The notes under the pieces are model-generated. The model saw nothing but the letters and a program-made list of their open reading frames with translations. It was not told the DNA's origin and searched no databases. The position numbers and the translations under genes are program-made. Below, in pieces: positions 1-9,996 of a stretch of 64,000 nt of DNA; the stretch's first letter is position 1; each line of letters opens with the position of its first letter. Source of the DNA: a plasmid. The DNA lies in sequence record NZ_CP013482.1, one strand, 5' to 3'.

Positions 1-331
1 ATAAAACGCGTCGTTTTTGATAGTTTCATCTCGATTTTTCTGTTGCATTGAGCGATCACTTCACGGCAGGAGGGCTTTAACCGTCGTCCGTGATATTTCG
101 TTACTTGCCTGGAGCCAACGGATCGTTATCAAAGACGAGCGTTTTTCCGAGTAGTTAGCGCCCACGGTTCGCCAGAACATCCAGCAAATGTTGCCCCATG
201 ATGTCCGTCATCCAGGGGGCGAATATTAAATAAACGAACGTGGCGAATCCGAGCACAAATACTGCCGCTGCGAATCGCTTCGCAACAAACCAACGTCTCG
301 TCGTGACTTGTTCCATGTGATATTTCCGTAG

Positions 332-661
332 TTACGCCGACTTGTCGCAGGTGATGGTCTTGGCGAGCCAGCCATGTCGATTCGCGAGCGCACGCTTCAC
401 GAGTTCAACCGTGCACGCTCCCCCGCTGAAAGTCGTCTTGACGTGAGCAACCTCGCCCACAACTTCCGGCTCCTCGTTCACATGAACCGGATCGATTTTG
501 TACGCCTTCCCGACTGCCTCGGCGGCAGCAAATCGTGCTGCAAGCAACGATCCCGGTTGAGCGTGTTCGCCGCAAGCACTAAGCAGCGCAGAGGCGGCCA
601 AGTAGACGGTCCATTTCGTGACGGAGCCCATCCATTCGCGTCCGAGTTTTGGTGTGGTCAT
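332..661 (-). CDS. Putative lipoprotein (signal peptide with LSAC lipobox), 109 aa
   Basis: Internal start MTTPKLGREWMGSVTKWTVYLAASALLSAC; GGAGAT RBS; the longer 188-aa ORF start overlaps the neighbouring gene. Confidence 0.5.
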   Translation of the reverse strand: MTTPKLGREWMGSVTKWTVYLAASALLSACGEHAQPGSLLAARFAAAEAVGKAYKIDPVHVNEEPEVVGEVAHVKTTFSGGACTVELVKRALANRHGWLAKTITCDKSA

Positions 662-672
662 GTAATCTCCGA

Positions 673-861
673 TTAGTGGTTGTTGCACGCCACACGCTTC
701 TTCAGAAACGCCCAGAGGCCCCCCGCAAAGAGAAGGCAAATCACACCCAAAACAGCGAACCACCAATTGCTCTCGCCTTCCATTGCGCTCGCTAGCCTGT
801 CTCCCGCACGAACGAGGGTTGAAACCCCTCCCAGCAACATTGCTACGGCGGAATATTTCAT
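673..861 (-). CDS. Small membrane protein, 62 aa
   Basis: Two hydrophobic segments; tightly packed between neighbours. Confidence 0.45.
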   Translation of the reverse strand: MKYSAVAMLLGGVSTLVRAGDRLASAMEGESNWWFAVLGVICLLFAGGLWAFLKKRVACNNH

Positions 862-1131
862 TTACTCGGCAAGGTCGTAGTCGGCACTGGTCGGCCAATT
901 AACGCCATCGAGGGCGCGAAGGGACTCTTGAATGCGGGCCTGCGCCTGGAGCAACTTGTCGCGCAACTCGTAAGGGTTGTGGTGAACTCCATAGCCGTTC
1001 TTTCTCACCGAACCTGACAAGGCGTTGTACGCAGCTTGCCAAGCCTTCTCGGCGGCGTCACAACCCTTCTCAGCCGCATTCAGCTTTGCCTTCGCTTGTT
1101 GCTTCGTAGTCATGTTCTGTCCTTTCGTCAA
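862..1131 (-). CDS. Hypothetical protein, 89 aa
   Basis: Clean ORF; start lies 25 bp after the upstream gene's stop. Confidence 0.5.
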   Translation of the reverse strand: MTKGQNMTTKQQAKAKLNAAEKGCDAAEKAWQAAYNALSGSVRKNGYGVHHNPYELRDKLLQAQARIQESLRALDGVNWPTSADYDLAE

Positions 1132-1155
1132 TTCCGTCCGCGCCGACTTGGAAGG

Positions 1156-1638
1156 TCATTCATCGGCGGTCATCAGTGGAACCACCGCCGTGACGAACCC
1201 CATCATGCACGCGCCCAAGAGGCCAACAGGGAAAGTCACTGCGGTCATAGCCGCAAGCTTTGCCTGAATGTTGTCTCGACCGAGCGAATCCAGCATCGCC
1301 CATACCGCGCAATTCGCCGGCAACGCGACAACAAGAACAAGCAGCATGCACGAAATCGCGAAGCGAGATTGCCACACACCAGTCAGCTTTGTGGCGACAC
1401 AACCACTCCACACAGCTCCGAGAGAGGATGCCCAAACCATGAGAATCGCTGGCCACGCCGTTGAGTAACCTCCGGTCAAAAGTTCGTGCCATCCGTACCA
1501 CACCCACCCGAATACACTCCCTCCCTTGAGGGCCAATGCAACCAACAGGATGGCACCCGCGACGCCCAATGCAATGCTACGTCCGCAATCGACCATCGCT
1601 GCCCGTACAGTCTGAACATGGTTCACCATCTTCTGCAC
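1156..1638 (-). CDS. Polytopic membrane protein (4 predicted TM segments), 160 aa
   Basis: Hydrophobic profile; intact in copy A, compensating frameshifts in copy B. Confidence 0.55.
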   Translation of the reverse strand: MQKMVNHVQTVRAAMVDCGRSIALGVAGAILLVALALKGGSVFGWVWYGWHELLTGGYSTAWPAILMVWASSLGAVWSGCVATKLTGVWQSRFAISCMLLVLVVALPANCAVWAMLDSLGRDNIQAKLAAMTAVTFPVGLLGACMMGFVTAVVPLMTADE

Positions 1639-1649
1639 CTCTCACTCAT

Positions 1650-1736
1650 CTCAAGCCCAGCTAACCGCCGTACTGACGAGCCCGATGGCAAACGCCACGA
1701 GCGCGATGACAATGGCACCTAACGCAAAACCTCTCA
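1650..1736 (-). CDS. 28-aa hydrophobic micro-ORF (MRGFALGAIVIALVAFAIGLVSTAVSWA)
   Basis: ATG..TGA; single TM helix; below the ORF-track cutoff; conserved in the overlap copy. Confidence 0.3.
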
Positions 1737-1882
1737 TGACTATTCTCTATTGGTGAAATGGGTTATTCGGCCGACAGGAGACCTAGCTTTATGAGGCGTG
1801 CTCGAATTGCCCCTCTGGTTCGACCGAACTGACTTCCAAGGGCGGTCAACCGGCCATTGCTATACGGGAGCGCAGCATTTTC

Positions 1883-2296
1883 CTACCGATCGTACTTCGC
1901 GAGAAGACGCTTAGCGTCCTCTTCGTCTCCGGGAATCGGCTGACCCGAGCCGAGCCGATCTTCAAGTGCGCGAGCGAGTGACCAGTCCGTTCCGCGATCG
2001 CCCTTGTCTTCCAGTTCGTGGTGCAGATACGCCAGTCGATTCGCAAGGCGAGTCGTACGGGCGAATTCAATTTCTTTCGCGAAATGCACACCGTCGGAGT
2101 GAGCAATGGAACCGCCTTCGGTCAACGCTACGGTGTTCGCCTCAGCCCCTTCGCTCGAGTCCGATACGATCAGGGCCAGCGCGTCCCCCTGGGGGAGGCT
2201 ACTCACAGAGATGTCCGTGTGCAGGCCAAGGGCTTTCAATTTCTGTGCTGCTTCACGGAGGATCCCCGTGGCGGCTTCGTTGTCGAAAATGCTCAT
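1883..2296 (-). CDS. Hypothetical protein, 137 aa
   Basis: ORF with consistent codon usage. Confidence 0.45.
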   Translation of the reverse strand: MSIFDNEAATGILREAAQKLKALGLHTDISVSSLPQGDALALIVSDSSEGAEANTVALTEGGSIAHSDGVHFAKEIEFARTTRLANRLAYLHHELEDKGDRGTDWSLARALEDRLGSGQPIPGDEEDAKRLLAKYDR

Positions 2297-2343
2297 GTTT
2301 TGTCTTATCCTTTGTGCCGGTCAGTCCGGCGATTTTTTCCTGT

Positions 2344-2718
2344 TTAGCGTGCAGACGGATGCGCCGCGATGTCGGCAGACACTTCGGTCCACTCAACGAC
2401 GTACCCTGGAATCTTCCCAGCTTCGTCTCGGCTCTCAGGCTTGTAGACGTGCGTACCGTCCCTCAGCCTCTCCGCGTACATGCAGGCAGCAGCTCGCGTG
2501 CGAAGAGATCCGATCGACTGCCAATGCCCGCCCATCGCCAGTGGCCGGAACTCGTAGAATTGCGTCCTGCCTATCTCGCGCATCGGTACTTGGCAATGCC
2601 AAGCTCCGTCGAACCACTCCATTCTGACGATGTCGCTCTCCCACAGGCCGGGGACAGCTTTGCCGTCCGAGCCCTTAGAGCGCTTCAACGCGCGCATGGA
2701 TTCTGGTTGGATACGCAT
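2344..2718 (-). CDS. Hypothetical protein (start MRIQPE chosen to avoid overlap)
   Basis: ORF 2344..2823; internal ATG with GGGGAA RBS immediately after the upstream stop. Confidence 0.4.
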   Translation of the reverse strand: MRIQPESMRALKRSKGSDGKAVPGLWESDIVRMEWFDGAWHCQVPMREIGRTQFYEFRPLAMGGHWQSIGSLRTRAAACMYAERLRDGTHVYKPESRDEAGKIPGYVVEWTEVSADIAAHPSAR

Positions 2719-2734
2719 GAATTCCCCGATTCGT

Positions 2735-2967
2735 TTAGCTGGCGAAAAAGAACTCGCGAGCGCAGAGAGTGTCCAGCGACTCATCGAGTACCGCACTTGC
2801 CGCTTCGTGCGAGTGTCGGCCATTGGGCCAAACGGTGTCAGGACCGGCGAGAATGCCCTTGGCCCATTCGGCTTGCACGATTGCGTTTTGCAGTGCTTCT
2901 TCGTCGGGATACCACTTGCCGTCGAAACCGAGTGCTTTCACTTCACCGAAGTATCGCGTTTGCATTG
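2735..2967 (-). CDS. Hypothetical protein, 77 aa (MQTRYFGEVKALGFDGKWYPDEE...)
   Basis: GGAGAGGAG RBS upstream of the internal ATG of ORF 2735..3121. Confidence 0.45.
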
Positions 2968-3044
2968 CCGCTCTCCTTCTCCGTTGAGACGACGCTGGGA
3001 TTACTGCGCTATGTCGCTCATAATATACCCCCATTGGGGGTATA

Positions 3045-3272
3045 TCAAGGTGTTTTTGTGCTCCAAAGCAAAATCTCTCGGATGTATGCCCAAACCACAT
3101 CTGGCATCGCCCGGAAGTCACTGGTATTGGCAGGGGCGAGCCACTTGTCGAGGGTCTTGTCAGGCACGCTGATGCGCTTCGCGAACGCGGCGCGCGTCAT
3201 GCCGAGTTCGCTCATCGCTTCCCGCAGAAACTCTTGCTGAGCTTGTGTGGTGGCTTTTTTCACTCCCATCAA
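3045..3272 (-). CDS. Small helix-turn-helix DNA-binding protein
   Basis: 75 aa; start overlaps the recombinase stop (ATGA). Confidence 0.5.
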   Translation of the reverse strand: MMGVKKATTQAQQEFLREAMSELGMTRAAFAKRISVPDKTLDKWLAPANTSDFRAMPDVVWAYIREILLWSTKTP

Positions 3273-3940
3273 ATCACTCCACTTACGATCGAAGCCATAC
3301 GCACAGGATCGCTTTCGACCATTTTTTTAACGGCACTCAAACTCGAAACTCCAATCAGTTCCTGAATCAGCTTTAGGCTCCGCCCTTCCCTATGAAGGCG
3401 AACCGCAAAGGTGCGGCGCGCTGCGCTTGCGTTGCCATTAGCGATGCCCGCCTGGTGGTGCAAACGGCGGTAGATCTCAGTCAGCGACTCACACGAATAG
3501 CTGACCACGCCATTTGGACTCACGCGCTTGGTGAAGGTAAAGGGCGCCCCGTCGCTGGCCAAAAAGAGTGGGCTCTGCGGATCGAGCCCACGATACGCTG
3601 CACGTAGAATCGTTACGCCTTGACGTGTCTCCTTTCGGTGAGCGAGATAGGCGTCAATGACCTCGCGGACTTTCGGACTGGAGAAGAACAGCGGCCTTGC
3701 TTTCCCATTGAAAGCGATCTCAGCCCGAACGGTTGAATGCACCCTGACTTCACCATTCTCGAGAAGGTAGTCCTCTACGGTCAGCTTGGCTGTTTCGTTG
3801 GGTGCGAGCCCGGTCCCGTACGCGATGAGCAGCAACGCGACGTCGCGCTCCTTGGCATGGCCAGTGACAGCGGCGACCTTTCGCGCGTGCCGAATCTGAT
3901 GTTCTTCAATAACGGCGGCTTTTGCCATCCTGTAATGCAC
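3269..3940 (-). CDS. Tyrosine-type site-specific recombinase, catalytic domain only
   Basis: Integrase-family R..HxxR..Y layout (GHAKERDVALLL, TFAVRLHREG, C-terminal Tyr region). Confidence 0.65.
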   Translation of the reverse strand: MHYRMAKAAVIEEHQIRHARKVAAVTGHAKERDVALLLIAYGTGLAPNETAKLTVEDYLLENGEVRVHSTVRAEIAFNGKARPLFFSSPKVREVIDAYLAHRKETRQGVTILRAAYRGLDPQSPLFLASDGAPFTFTKRVSPNGVVSYSCESLTEIYRRLHHQAGIANGNASAARRTFAVRLHREGRSLKLIQELIGVSSLSAVKKMVESDPVRMASIVSGVI

Positions 3941-4040
3941 TCCGGATGAGTTGTATTACGAGGAAGTATGTGAGGCGCGATCGTAAAACGCAAGCTGAGG
4001 ACGCGCCATTTCTACCGTCCTCGGAAAATCGCGCCGGCAC

Positions 4041-4068
4041 AAAAAAGGGGCCGAACGCTGTCGGCCCC
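4041..4068 (-). terminator. Intrinsic terminator after traC (ggggccga/tcggcccc hairpin plus a U-run on the minus transcript)
   Basis: aaaaaaggggccgaacgctgtcggcccc. Confidence 0.6.
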
Positions 4069-4096
4069 TTGTTAATGCTGCGAGGTTGATCAGGCG

Positions 4097-7000
4097 TTAC
4101 ATCTTAATCCCTCGTGCTTTCTTAACCCCCTGGTTGTTTTCTTGCTGACGCTCGGCAACCGCGCGCTCAATGACTGGTCGCAACTGACGTCGCACTCCAT
4201 CGCGGCCTGCCTCGCTTCGCATAGCGAGATCGTTCCAATCGGTGAATTTCTTCATCCCGTCGATCGCACGCCGCTGCTCCGTCGAAAGATTGGTTTTAAC
4301 GTCATCCAGCGTTTTTCCGCTCATAAGGACGTAACCGTCTTCCGCATCCAGCCGACGTTTGTGTTCACGCCATGACTCGGGTGTCACTGGCGGAATCCCT
4401 TCGGGGTACTTCGCCTCTGCGTCAGGGAAGATCGGGAACAATACGGTCCCGCCTACTTCTTCGGCTGCGGCCAACGCCTTTTCTCTGCCAGGGTTCTTGC
4501 CGACTGTCATCGTCACGTGTCGATCGTCGTCGCCGGCGAATAAAATTGGCGTGTCGGGAAACTTGGCTTTCAGCGCCTTAGCGACGGGTGCGAGGTTGCC
4601 AGCGTCAAACGCTGAGATCGATTGAACACCCAGACCCGCAAGCTCCCTGTCTACGGTGTCCATCGTCGCGTAGCCCTCGCCTATCACGAACGCTTTCGCT
4701 TTCGCCAGGGATGCGTAACCGTTTAGCGCGTGAAAGCAGCCCTCCTTTCTCGAATCCGATACGAACAGCTTCTCGCCCTTCGGATTAATCGACTGCATCG
4801 TCCATACCTTGCCATCTACGTCGTACGCGGGGACATAGGTTGTCCCGCTGGAGTCTTTCAAGACAAATTCACGCGCAAGCGCGCCTTTTGCTTCCAAGTA
4901 CGGCGTGGCCGTCGTTATCGGTGTCAGCTTGCCAATTCGCTCTGAGACCTTCGACGCTGTCAGCTCGTAAGCCGCTTGGCGCTCGGCCTCAAATTCTTTT
5001 CGCCGTTGTTCGGCCTCTGCCAAGACCGCAGCCAACTCAGCGCCATCAAAGCTATAACCCTTCGCCTTCCATTTGGCCTGCGCTCCGGTACGATTGTTCA
5101 TCGCGAATCCTGCCGGCCGCGTTCCCTCAAGGTGGCCGACATAGAAAATCGAGCGGTCTGCGGATCCAGGCTTATCGTCCGTGGCACGCACCCTGTGCTT
5201 CTTCCCATCCATCAAAGGGTGGAACCCCTTGATTTTCGGGTCGTACTCGGACAAATCGGCGTCCATGCTGCGGAGAAAGTCCGAAAACTCCTCCCGAGGA
5301 TCCTTCGCCGGCCCCTGCTCAAGCGGCACATTTTCTGGCTTCCACCGCGCGAGCTTCGATACGTCAGCCCCAGAGCCGACGTACCAGGAACCGGCCCGCT
5401 TATCCCACTTCGCGCCGGCCGCACGAGCCTCCTCGCGGTCGTCATACGGCACAGCCAGGTAGACGCGATGGTTTTGGTCTGGCGTGCGAGAAGGCTGTTG
5501 CGATGGTTGCTGCGCGGCACCTTCGGCTGCTCCTGCGGCTGGAATCCACTTGGAAAACGCATTAGCGTCAACGCCAGGGGGCACGTACCACGATGACGCG
5601 CCTCTGTCCCACTTGGCTCCCAGCGCCTTCGCTTCGTTCTTCTGTTTGTACGGTACGTCCAGGTACGTCAACCCTTCGCGTTGGGGAGTAGCGTCGGGCG
5701 TAGGTACGTCGCCATCACTCAGGCTCGCTATGGCCTGTGCCTCCTGTGCTTCACGCACGAAACCCGGAATCTTGCCCACACGGTCGGCCAGCATCTGCGC
5801 TTCGTCCTGAGATGCCACATCCGCGATCCAGGTGTGCGTGCCGTCAGAGTCCTGGGCATAGACGCCCCAAAATTCCGGCGCGTCACCCTCGCCAGCCGCC
5901 CTTACGAAGCGCTCACCATCGTCTTCAACTTCGACGCAGCCTTGCACCTGCAATCGGCCGGTCCAACCCGCCGGCAACGCTACACCAATGCTGTCCTTGG
6001 AGACGGTCTCAAAATCGGCGTCTGCAAGCTGGCCGGCGTCGAACTGCTGATACGCTCCAGCAACTTTGCGCAGCGCATCCTCGCTGATGTTCACATCGCC
6101 ATCAAACGCCTTCACGATCTCCTCCTTGTCAGGGTCAATGCCCATCATCTGCACGCCTTGTTTCGGCGACACTTCTTCAACCGGCTCCTGCCCTGACGTC
6201 AAATCTTGAGCGATCTCTTGCTTCTGCTCCAACCCCAGGATGTATTCCTGGATTTTCTCGGCATCGGCTGCTGCGCGGAAAATCTCCATCGAATCGTCTC
6301 GCAAGACCTTTATCCACGACTTCACATACGCGGCGTGCTGCCCCGGATCGTAGCCGATGCCCAACTCATCGCCCAGGATCATGCTCGCGATTTCGGCGCG
6401 CAACTCCTCTTTGGCGTATCCCTCGCTGCCGAACGGATGCGCGAGATCCCGGCCCAAGCGCGACTCATGCCCCGTCCAGTGCCCCAATTCATGCAATGCG
6501 GTCGCGTAATACCCGGCCGGTTCAGCAAACCGCGACTTATCTGGCATGTGAATGTCGTCACTGGACGGCCTGTAGAACGCGCCATTGCCTCCGTGATGAA
6601 TCCGGGCGCCGGATGCTTTCAAGACCCGCTCGGCCCGCTGTAGGGCCGGAGAATCGCCCTCATGATCGCCCCCGAGGCTGGGCACCTTCGTCACGCGGTC
6701 CATCTCGGGCATTCCGTCGATCTGTTCCCCATTGAACACGACCGCTGTGAAAACGCGCGGCCGTTCAAGCTTCACCTGCACCTTGACTGGCTCGCCGGCT
6801 TGGTCGCGAACGATTTCGCCTTTTGCGTCACGTTTGACTTCTTCGTCCGAGAACTTCCAATACTGGATCGGCGTACCGCGCTCCCCGCGACGGACTTGCG
6901 CACCGACCGACGTAGCCTGCTTGTACGTAAGCCATCGCGTATCGCTTCGCCCTTGAGCCATCAAGAACATCGCGTTGATACCTCGATAGCGCTTTCCGGT

Positions 7001-7138
7001 TGTTGGGTTGTGCGGAAGAAATGTCGACGGCTCGCCCGGCGACCAAGGGCGCTGCCAGGGGGCCACGCCGCGCTCAAGCTGGGCGATCAACGTTTCCGCG
7101 ACCTGCTCGTGGAACGGACGTTTCTTCGGTTCAGTCAT
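4097..7138 (-). CDS. traC: TraC-like multidomain protein: ArdC N-domain + HExxH zincin + two DUF5710-like repeats + Toprim primase domain
   Basis: N-terminus PWQRPW...GINAMFL; HELGHWTGHESR; two (A)KWD..SWYV repeats; C-terminal Toprim (FAGDDD); ATGA overlap with the upstream gene. Confidence 0.75.
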   Translation of the reverse strand: MTEPKKRPFHEQVAETLIAQLERGVAPWQRPWSPGEPSTFLPHNPTTGKRYRGINAMFLMAQGRSDTRWLTYKQATSVGAQVRRGERGTPIQYWKFSDEEVKRDAKGEIVRDQAGEPVKVQVKLERPRVFTAVVFNGEQIDGMPEMDRVTKVPSLGGDHEGDSPALQRAERVLKASGARIHHGGNGAFYRPSSDDIHMPDKSRFAEPAGYYATALHELGHWTGHESRLGRDLAHPFGSEGYAKEELRAEIASMILGDELGIGYDPGQHAAYVKSWIKVLRDDSMEIFRAAADAEKIQEYILGLEQKQEIAQDLTSGQEPVEEVSPKQGVQMMGIDPDKEEIVKAFDGDVNISEDALRKVAGAYQQFDAGQLADADFETVSKDSIGVALPAGWTGRLQVQGCVEVEDDGERFVRAAGEGDAPEFWGVYAQDSDGTHTWIADVASQDEAQMLADRVGKIPGFVREAQEAQAIASLSDGDVPTPDATPQREGLTYLDVPYKQKNEAKALGAKWDRGASSWYVPPGVDANAFSKWIPAAGAAEGAAQQPSQQPSRTPDQNHRVYLAVPYDDREEARAAGAKWDKRAGSWYVGSGADVSKLARWKPENVPLEQGPAKDPREEFSDFLRSMDADLSEYDPKIKGFHPLMDGKKHRVRATDDKPGSADRSIFYVGHLEGTRPAGFAMNNRTGAQAKWKAKGYSFDGAELAAVLAEAEQRRKEFEAERQAAYELTASKVSERIGKLTPITTATPYLEAKGALAREFVLKDSSGTTYVPAYDVDGKVWTMQSINPKGEKLFVSDSRKEGCFHALNGYASLAKAKAFVIGEGYATMDTVDRELAGLGVQSISAFDAGNLAPVAKALKAKFPDTPILFAGDDDRHVTMTVGKNPGREKALAAAEEVGGTVLFPIFPDAEAKYPEGIPPVTPESWREHKRRLDAEDGYVLMSGKTLDDVKTNLSTEQRRAIDGMKKFTDWNDLAMRSEAGRDGVRRQLRPVIERAVAERQQENNQGVKKARGIKM

Positions 7139-7658
7139 GGCGGCCCCCTTCGAGTTCGACGAAGCCCGCGCGGCCGGAATCATAGGCGTCCTCGACCCAA
7201 GCGAAGTGGAATACCTTGGCGTTGGCTACGGTCAGCAGGCGGGCGCGCAATCCCGCGAACGACAACGGCAGCGTTCGGATAACTCCAGACAGGGAGATAG
7301 GCGTGATCGAGCTGCCCACGGGTAGCTGCGTGGCCGCGTGGCTCAAAGCGATGGCGAACCACGGCACCAGGTCACTGTTCGGTCCAGCAATGCGACGTGC
7401 GACGGCAGCTTCGGTGAGGTGGTCGGGATCCGCCAGCAGCACAACCAGGTCGACGACCGTATCGAGCGCGTCGGAATCCGACAACGCGTCTTCGTGGAAC
7501 GCCCCCGCATGCTCCGCTTCAATCGGGTCAAATTCCGCTTGCACGCCGGGTTGATAGGCGTCGGTCAGCTTGTCCGACACGGCGGACGATCTGACCCAGG
7601 GGCGAACGCTGGCGCCCTCATCCAGAGACGCGAATTGGTCAATTGAGTGCATTGTCAC
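7131..7658 (-). CDS. TraD-position hypothetical protein
   Basis: ORF coupled by ATGA overlaps to traE and traC. Confidence 0.5.
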   Translation of the reverse strand: MTMHSIDQFASLDEGASVRPWVRSSAVSDKLTDAYQPGVQAEFDPIEAEHAGAFHEDALSDSDALDTVVDLVVLLADPDHLTEAAVARRIAGPNSDLVPWFAIALSHAATQLPVGSSITPISLSGVIRTLPLSFAGLRARLLTVANAKVFHFAWVEDAYDSGRAGFVELEGGRHD

Positions 7659-9688
7659 TTCTCCTTACGCTGTGCCACGTTGTAGTTTGGTCGTCCCTTG
7701 ACGTCTGGATATGTCTGGTTACAGGCGGGATAGCCGCTGCATGACCAGAAGAACTTACCGGGCTGTTTGCCAGCACGACGACTAAGCCCCTTCCCACAGA
7801 CTCCGCACTTAAAGGCTGACGACACGGCGGCTGCGGCTGGTGCTCCTGCCACTTTGATCGCCCCGGAATTGGCCGTGATGACGAGGCCGCGCACCAGGTC
7901 GGCTTGCTTGTTGACGAACTCGTCGACGGAGCTATTGCCGCCCTGAATCGACTTCAACATTCGTTCAAACAGGGCTGTCAGGACAGGGCTACGCACAATC
8001 TCAGGAAGGGCATCATGTACGCCGCGCCCCAACGGCGTGCTCACGATAGCCTTGCCCTTCACTTCCAGGTACTTGCGTTCCTTCAATTCGGTAATCGTCG
8101 ACGCTTGCGTTGCCGCCGTTCCAATGCCCTCCCCATCGCGCAGTAATTTCTTCTGCTCGGGATCTGCAACGTATTTGTGGATGTTCTCCATCGCCTTACG
8201 CAACGTCCCCTCGTTGAACCGGGGCGGGGCCTTCGTCTTGGAGTCAATCCGCTTCGCGCCTGCGCATGCCACAGCATCACCCTTCTTCACTGCCGGCAGA
8301 ATCTGTTCCGCGTCGTCGTCCACATCGCCATACACGACGTACCAACCCGGACGTGTAATTTCACGCCCCTGCGCGACAAATTTCTGCTCGGCCAACTCGA
8401 CGGTGATATTGGTGGTCTTGTACTCGTGCCGGGGGTAGAACTGCGCAATGTAGGCACGCACGATTAGGTCGTAGATATTGCGCTGCATGTCGGTGAGTCC
8501 GGCCATGCTGCCCTTGTGCATCGTCGGGATGATGCCGTGGTGGACGGGTGCCTTCGCGGTATTCCACGTATCAGACCGAATCGACAAATCTGCGCCATCA
8601 ATGAGGTCAGCCATTTCGGGATAAACCATACGAATCGCGGCCATTACCTCCGGGGCGTCTGCAAACTGCGTCTCGGGCAGGTAGCCGCTGTCCGTGCGAG
8701 GGTACGTTGTGAGCGAAAGCCCCGGATCATAAAGTTGCTGGCAGGTGTTCAGCACGTCATCGGCTGAATATCCCCACTTCCCTGCGGCAGCAAGGGTGAT
8801 GTCCGAAAGCGAATACGTGAGCGGGTGATTTCGCTTGCCCGGTGTCTGACTGAACTCGGAAACCGTCGACGATTGGCCGGCGACGGCTTTCACCACGGCG
8901 TCGGCAACGGACGCATCTACTAACCGGCCTTCGGTGTCGGTGCCGACCTGATCGTCGGCCATGATCCACTCTGCGACGAATGCTCCCGACTTGTGTGCGA
9001 ACGCCGCTTCGACTTTGAAGTATGGAACGGGCTTAAACGCCTCAATCTCACGATCGCGAGTCACGACAAGCGACAGCGTTGGTGACTGTACGCGCCCCGC
9101 CGTCACCAATGCGCGCGAGCCGCCCCGTTGTGCCGCCAAAGTGTAGGCACGGCTGACGTTCATGCCGATCAACCAGTCGCCCCGCGCTCGCGCCGTCGCC
9201 GACTTTCCGTGCCCAGCGTATTCCGCGTTGTCCTTCAATGCGGCAAGCCCACGCTGAATGCTCACCGTGTCGGTGGCGTTCACCCAGTAGCGGATTACAG
9301 GCGCAGCGCAATCGAAATGCCGCAAGACGTTGTCGACCAGCGCCTGACCTTCGGCATCTGGATCACCTGCATGGACGATCACGTCCGCTTTTCGTACCAG
9401 TTGCCCGATGGCGGCAAGCTGGTCGGCGTACTCGTCCTTCGGTTTCATCACCCATTGCTGCGGGATGATCGGCAGGTCCTCAACGCGCCAGATTTTCTTT
9501 CCAGATGCGTTACGCGGCGCATCAGCCGCTGTGTACTCGTCTGGCTCGACCAATTCGAGCATGTGGCCGATGCACCAAGTCACCATATCTGCACCGCACT
9601 CGATGTAGCCTCGGCCCTTTCCTGTAACTCCCAATTCGCCCGCGATTGCTTTGGCGACTGACGGCTTCTCAGCGATGAACAATCTCAA
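7655..9688 (-). CDS. topB: DNA topoisomerase III (TraE-like)
   Basis: Type IA Toprim N-terminus MRLFIAEKPSVAKAIA; C-terminal CxxC zinc ribbon. Confidence 0.85.
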   Translation of the reverse strand: MRLFIAEKPSVAKAIAGELGVTGKGRGYIECGADMVTWCIGHMLELVEPDEYTAADAPRNASGKKIWRVEDLPIIPQQWVMKPKDEYADQLAAIGQLVRKADVIVHAGDPDAEGQALVDNVLRHFDCAAPVIRYWVNATDTVSIQRGLAALKDNAEYAGHGKSATARARGDWLIGMNVSRAYTLAAQRGGSRALVTAGRVQSPTLSLVVTRDREIEAFKPVPYFKVEAAFAHKSGAFVAEWIMADDQVGTDTEGRLVDASVADAVVKAVAGQSSTVSEFSQTPGKRNHPLTYSLSDITLAAAGKWGYSADDVLNTCQQLYDPGLSLTTYPRTDSGYLPETQFADAPEVMAAIRMVYPEMADLIDGADLSIRSDTWNTAKAPVHHGIIPTMHKGSMAGLTDMQRNIYDLIVRAYIAQFYPRHEYKTTNITVELAEQKFVAQGREITRPGWYVVYGDVDDDAEQILPAVKKGDAVACAGAKRIDSKTKAPPRFNEGTLRKAMENIHKYVADPEQKKLLRDGEGIGTAATQASTITELKERKYLEVKGKAIVSTPLGRGVHDALPEIVRSPVLTALFERMLKSIQGGNSSVDEFVNKQADLVRGLVITANSGAIKVAGAPAAAAVSSAFKCGVCGKGLSRRAGKQPGKFFWSCSGYPACNQTYPDVKGRPNYNVAQRKEK

Positions 9689-9987
9689 TTCGATTCTCCT
9701 TCTCGTGCGTTTCGACGATGCCCCAGCGAGGGCATCGGTCGCGGAAAGCGATACATGGGACGGCTTTGCGTCGTCTCACCAACTGCTGCGTGGAGTTGCA
9801 CCAGGAACTCGTCCGTGGACCGAATCCAACCCTCGACCCACGGACACCGAACCATTAGATCCGGCGCGTAATCCAGCAGGAACTCCAACAGTTCTCTGTT
9901 CTCGTCGATTCGTTTGTGGATTCCGCTTTGCTCGCGGTCGACGACGCCGCGAATGCGATGAAGTGTGCGGTTAGGAAACAGGTTCAT
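9685..9987 (-). CDS. Hypothetical protein, 100 aa
   Basis: ORF translationally coupled (ATGA) to traE. Confidence 0.4.
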   Translation of the reverse strand: MNLFPNRTLHRIRGVVDREQSGIHKRIDENRELLEFLLDYAPDLMVRCPWVEGWIRSTDEFLVQLHAAVGETTQSRPMYRFPRPMPSLGHRRNAREGESN

Positions 9988-9996
9988 GTCGTTCGC

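Larger units (their letters stand above)
1..2857. repeat. Terminal overlap copy A of a circular replicon (matches 61146..64000, with indel differences)
   Basis: Window start ataaaacgcgtcgtttttgatag recurs at 61146; collinear to the window end; ~15 single-base indels between copies. Confidence 0.9.

Noticed and set aside
374-676. Plus-strand 100-aa ORF (MSIRERTLHEFNRARS...)
   Set aside because: Overlaps a minus-strand lipoprotein gene that has a lipobox and a good RBS; low-complexity translation.
1966-3240. 424-aa plus-strand ORF
   Set aside because: Arg/Pro/Ser-rich low-complexity translation antisense to several well-formed minus-strand genes; a high-GC frame artifact. It is also fragmented differently in the overlap copy.
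4142-7046. Multiple plus-strand ORFs of 60-200 aa inside traC
   Set aside because: All lie antisense within a strongly supported 1013-aa gene; compositional artifacts.
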